NCBI GenBank assembly: GCA_003250975.1
Contig: QKIY01000028.1
Coordinates: 195,248 to 259,247, forward strand
Length of the DNA stretch: 64,000 bases
Source: Gammaproteobacteria bacterium
Lineage (GTDB): Bacteria > Pseudomonadota > Gammaproteobacteria > Eutrophobiales > Eutrophobiaceae
Direction of reading: 5' to 3'
Positions 61,111 through 64,000 of this stretch are shown here, in pieces. Numbering within the stretch: the first letter of the stretch is position 1; each line of letters starts with the position of its first letter. A model generated the notes under the pieces. That model was not told where the DNA came from, did no database searches, and saw only the letters and a program-made list of their open reading frames with translations. A program made the position numbers and the translations under genes.

Positions 61111-62898
61111 ATGGACCCCTCGGTATCTATTTCCCCGGCTGAAGAAAAGCTTGGCTTCAATTATGTCCTCGACATGTTGCACAAGGACGGCATTATATCC
61201 AATCAGCAGTATGCGCAGGTAAAAAAACTTATCCCCACACCAGACGAAACTGTCCACCCGCTTGTGCTGATCGCCGACCAGGGGTTGAAGAGCGACACGA
61301 AGCCAGCCTATCCCCTTACACTGGAAAAACTGACCAGTTGGCTGGCGGAAAAGACAGGTTCTCCCTATCTGCGTATAGATCCCCTGAAAATCGATGTTAA
61401 CAACGTTACAAGGGCCATTCCGCAGGCCTACGCAAGCAAGCTTCATATATTGCCTGTCGAAGTGAATGCCAGAGAACTGGTGGTTGCTACCTGTGAGCCA
61501 TTTATCAGCGGCTGGGAAAACGAGCTTTCCAGAAGCACCAAGCTCCATATCAAACGTGTTATTGCAAACCCTAAAGATATCGAACGTTACCTCGTCGAAT
61601 TCTACGGTATCAGCCGCTCCATATTCGGTGCTGTCAAGAGCAAGGCCGCCGACGCCATATCGAAGATACAGAATTTTGAACAGCTGGTGGAAGTGGGCAA
61701 GGCGGGCGAACCTGATGCCAATGATCAGCATATCGTCAGTATCGTAGACTGGTTGTTGCAATATGCTTTTGAACAGCGCGCTAGTGATATCCATCTTGAG
61801 CCGCGGCGTGATAAGGGCAAGGTCAGGTTTCGTATAGATGGCAAGATGCAACAGGTACACGAGTTCCCCATGATCATCATGGGTGCTATCGCAAGCAGGC
61901 TTAAATCCCTGGGCCGGATGGATGTTACTGACAAGCGCAGGCCACAGGATGGCAGGATTAAGACAAAAACACCCGCGGGCACAGAGGTGGAAATGCGCCT
62001 TTCAACCATGCCGACCGCGTTTGGTGAGAAACTGGTGATCAGGATTTTCAATCCTGAGATGTTGTTCAAGGATTTTACGGCACTAGGTTTTACCCGGCAC
62101 GACTTGATGTGCTGGAAGGAAATGACCGGTCACCCACACGGCATCATCCTGGTGACCGGACCCACGGGCTCAGGGAAAACTACCACGCTTTATTCCGCAT
62201 TGAAGGACCTGTCACGGCCGGAGTTGAATATCTGTTCTATTGAGGACCCGATCGAGATGGTAGACCCGGAGTTCAACCAGATGCAGGTACAGAACAAGAT
62301 CGGAGTGGACTTTGCCTCGGGCGTCAGGACACTGCTAAGGCAGGACCCGGACATCATCATGGTTGGGGAGATTCGTGATTACGAAACCGCGGAGATCGCC
62401 ATACAGGCAGCATTAACAGGGCACCTGGTATTGTCCAGCCTGCACACGAACGATGCGCCCTCTTCCATTACACGTCTCGTCGATATCGGGGCACAGCCCT
62501 TCCTGATAAGTGCGACCTTACTTGGGGTAATGGCACAACGGTTGGTGCGAACGTTATGCCCGCATTGCAAGCAACATGAAACACTGGATAAAGCCTTGTG
62601 GGACAAGCTGGTTTCACCGGCTAAAGTAAAGTTGCCCGAAAAAACCTGCAAGCCGGTCGGTTGCGATGAATGCAGGCACACCGGCTATTACGGGCGTATC
62701 GGGATATTTGAAGCGCTTCCAGTCGGCAAGACCCTGAGGCAACTGATCACCGCGAATGCGGACATCGAGACCATACGCGCTACTGCCGTCAAGCAGGGTA
62801 TGTGGTCCTTGCGCCTGAGCGGGGCCCAGAAGGTGGCCGAAGGGCTCACGACACTGGAGGAGATCTATTCCGTTATTCCCCCGGACGACGCTGGTTAA
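61111..62898 (+). CDS. GspE/PilB-family secretion ATPase (stand-alone)
   Basis: RASDIHLEP, PQDGRI, GPTGSGKTTTLY, EDPIE, LRQDPDIIMVGEIRD, TGHLV.S.LHTN, Zn-binding CPHC...CDEC. Confidence 0.93.
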   Translation: MDPSVSISPAEEKLGFNYVLDMLHKDGIISNQQYAQVKKLIPTPDETVHPLVLIADQGLKSDTKPAYPLTLEKLTSWLAEKTGSPYLRIDPLKIDVNNVTRAIPQAYASKLHILPVEVNARELVVATCEPFISGWENELSRSTKLHIKRVIANPKDIERYLVEFYGISRSIFGAVKSKAADAISKIQNFEQLVEVGKAGEPDANDQHIVSIVDWLLQYAFEQRASDIHLEPRRDKGKVRFRIDGKMQQVHEFPMIIMGAIASRLKSLGRMDVTDKRRPQDGRIKTKTPAGTEVEMRLSTMPTAFGEKLVIRIFNPEMLFKDFTALGFTRHDLMCWKEMTGHPHGIILVTGPTGSGKTTTLYSALKDLSRPELNICSIEDPIEMVDPEFNQMQVQNKIGVDFASGVRTLLRQDPDIIMVGEIRDYETAEIAIQAALTGHLVLSSLHTNDAPSSITRLVDIGAQPFLISATLLGVMAQRLVRTLCPHCKQHETLDKALWDKLVSPAKVKLPEKTCKPVGCDECRHTGYYGRIGIFEALPVGKTLRQLITANADIETIRATAVKQGMWSLRLSGAQKVAEGLTTLEEIYSVIPPDDAG

Positions 62899-62901
62899 TA
62901 G

Positions 62902-63588
62902 ATGGATTTTCAGGACTACACTGGGTATTGGCAGCTCCAGGCGCTGATTGTTCTGCTGAAACTCAGCCTGCTGGTCGGTGCCGTGCTGTCATTTGTCGGG
63001 GGCGACCTCCAGGCCGGCGTCATCACGCTCGGGATATTCTTTATCACCTTTCTCCCGATACTCCTGGGCAGCCGTTTCGAGGTCAAGATCCCCCCCGTGT
63101 TCGAAGTCCTCTCGGTGATCTTTATCTACGCCTCGTTATTTCTTGGCGAAGTGCACGGGTACTATGTCCGCTTCTGGTGGTGGGACCTGGTGCTGCATGC
63201 CAGTTCCGGGTTCCTGACGGGGATCCTGGGGTTCCTGCTGGTCTACGTGCTGAATGAAAAGGAGGAATTCGAGCTGGACCTGAACGCGGGATTCGTGGCG
63301 TTGTTCGCCTTTGCCTTCGCCATCGCCTTCGGCACATTCTGGGAGATCTTTGAATACATGATGGACAGCGCCTTCGGGGCTAACATGCAGAGAAGCGGCC
63401 TGGTGGACACCATGTGGGACCTCATCGTGAACAGCATCGGGGCGCTGGTGATTTCCATTCTGGGCTGGTGGTATCTGCGGGAGGAAGGGATCAATTCATT
63501 TCTTGAACGATGGATCCATGAGTTTATCCGGAAGAACCCCCGGTTTTTTCATCACAAGCGAAAGAAGGTGTACTGGGGTGATGACTGA
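62902..63588 (+). CDS. Multi-pass membrane protein (DUF2238-like motifs)
   Basis: WWWDLVLH, FWEIFEY, GLVDTMWDL; several TM helices. Confidence 0.65.
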   Translation: MDFQDYTGYWQLQALIVLLKLSLLVGAVLSFVGGDLQAGVITLGIFFITFLPILLGSRFEVKIPPVFEVLSVIFIYASLFLGEVHGYYVRFWWWDLVLHASSGFLTGILGFLLVYVLNEKEEFELDLNAGFVALFAFAFAIAFGTFWEIFEYMMDSAFGANMQRSGLVDTMWDLIVNSIGALVISILGWWYLREEGINSFLERWIHEFIRKNPRFFHHKRKKVYWGDD

Positions 63589-63704
63589 CAGGTAAGATTA
63601 CTTTTTTGCTTTATTAATAACCGGTGTAAAAAAATAATAATCGACGCTGACCCTGATAATTTTAGCCCCTGCCGTGTAATCAATGATTTCTATATACTGC
63701 TTCC

Positions 63705-64000
63705 ATGCTTGAACAAATCCTGATCTTTCTCGCAGCTGCCGTCCTGGTAGTGCCGCTGTTCAAGCGATTCGGCTTTGGCACCGTGCTTGGTTACCTGACA
63801 GCCGGCATCCTGATCGGCCCCTGGGTCCTGCGCCTTGTTACGGATGTCGATACCATCCTGAATTTTTCCGAGTTCGGTGTTGTATTGTTGCTGTTTATCA
63901 TCGGCCTCGAGTTGCAGCCCTCGCGCCTGTGGGTCCTGCGCCGATCCGTGTTCGGACTTGGCAGCGCCCAGGTCATCATCTCGACCATTGTCATTGCCCT
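63705..64000 (+). CDS. CPA2-family K+/H+ efflux antiporter, KefB/KefC-like (5' part; runs off window)
   Basis: Not in ORF track. [40 protein letters not shown]...[23 protein letters not shown]. Confidence 0.9.
   Translation, partial: MLEQILIFLAAAVLVVPLFKRFGFGTVLGYLTAGILIGPWVLRLVTDVDTILNFSEFGVVLLLFIIGLELQPSRLWVLRRSVFGLGSAQVIISTIVIA

Noticed and set aside
61102-61860. 252-aa antisense ORF, and similar long antisense ORFs over kdsD, polA, coxA, ctaA and the decaheme
   Set aside because: Fully overlap well-supported genes and have no motifs; typical shadow frames.

Overview
Replication-origin region of a Gammaproteobacterium chromosome, probably a basal or environmental lineage (inferred from the rpoN-hpf-ptsN-hprK-rapZ-EIIA-ptsH-ptsI gene order). 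Left arm: amgK (partial), yrbG-kdsD-kdsC-lptCAB-rpoN-PTS(Ntr) operon, mgtE, polA, hisAFIE-tatABC, a divergent rhodanese/ArsR pair, ilvE and glycosyltransferases. Centre: mnmE-yidC-yidD-rnpA-rpmH / dnaA-(oriC candidate)-dnaN-recF-gyrB, with two perfect parS palindromes inside recF. Directly after gyrB is the most unusual element: a self-contained four-gene, 16-heme operon behind two perfect FNR-type boxes. It joins a NirT/NapC tetraheme quinol dehydrogenase and a NirB-like diheme c552 (normally partners of nitrite reductase NirS) to an MtrA/MtoA decaheme and an MtrB/MtoB porin, with no nirS or mtrC. This looks like a low-oxygen trans-envelope electron conduit with an unusual periplasmic linker. 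Right arm: comF / bioBFHCD, a cytochrome c oxidase cluster with assembly genes (including a 43-aa ORF missed by the track), surface-glycan genes, an orphan GspE/PilB-type ATPase and kefB/C (partial). No rRNA, tRNA, CRISPR, transposase or integrase was recognised. All calls come from motif recognition by eye; no searches were run.
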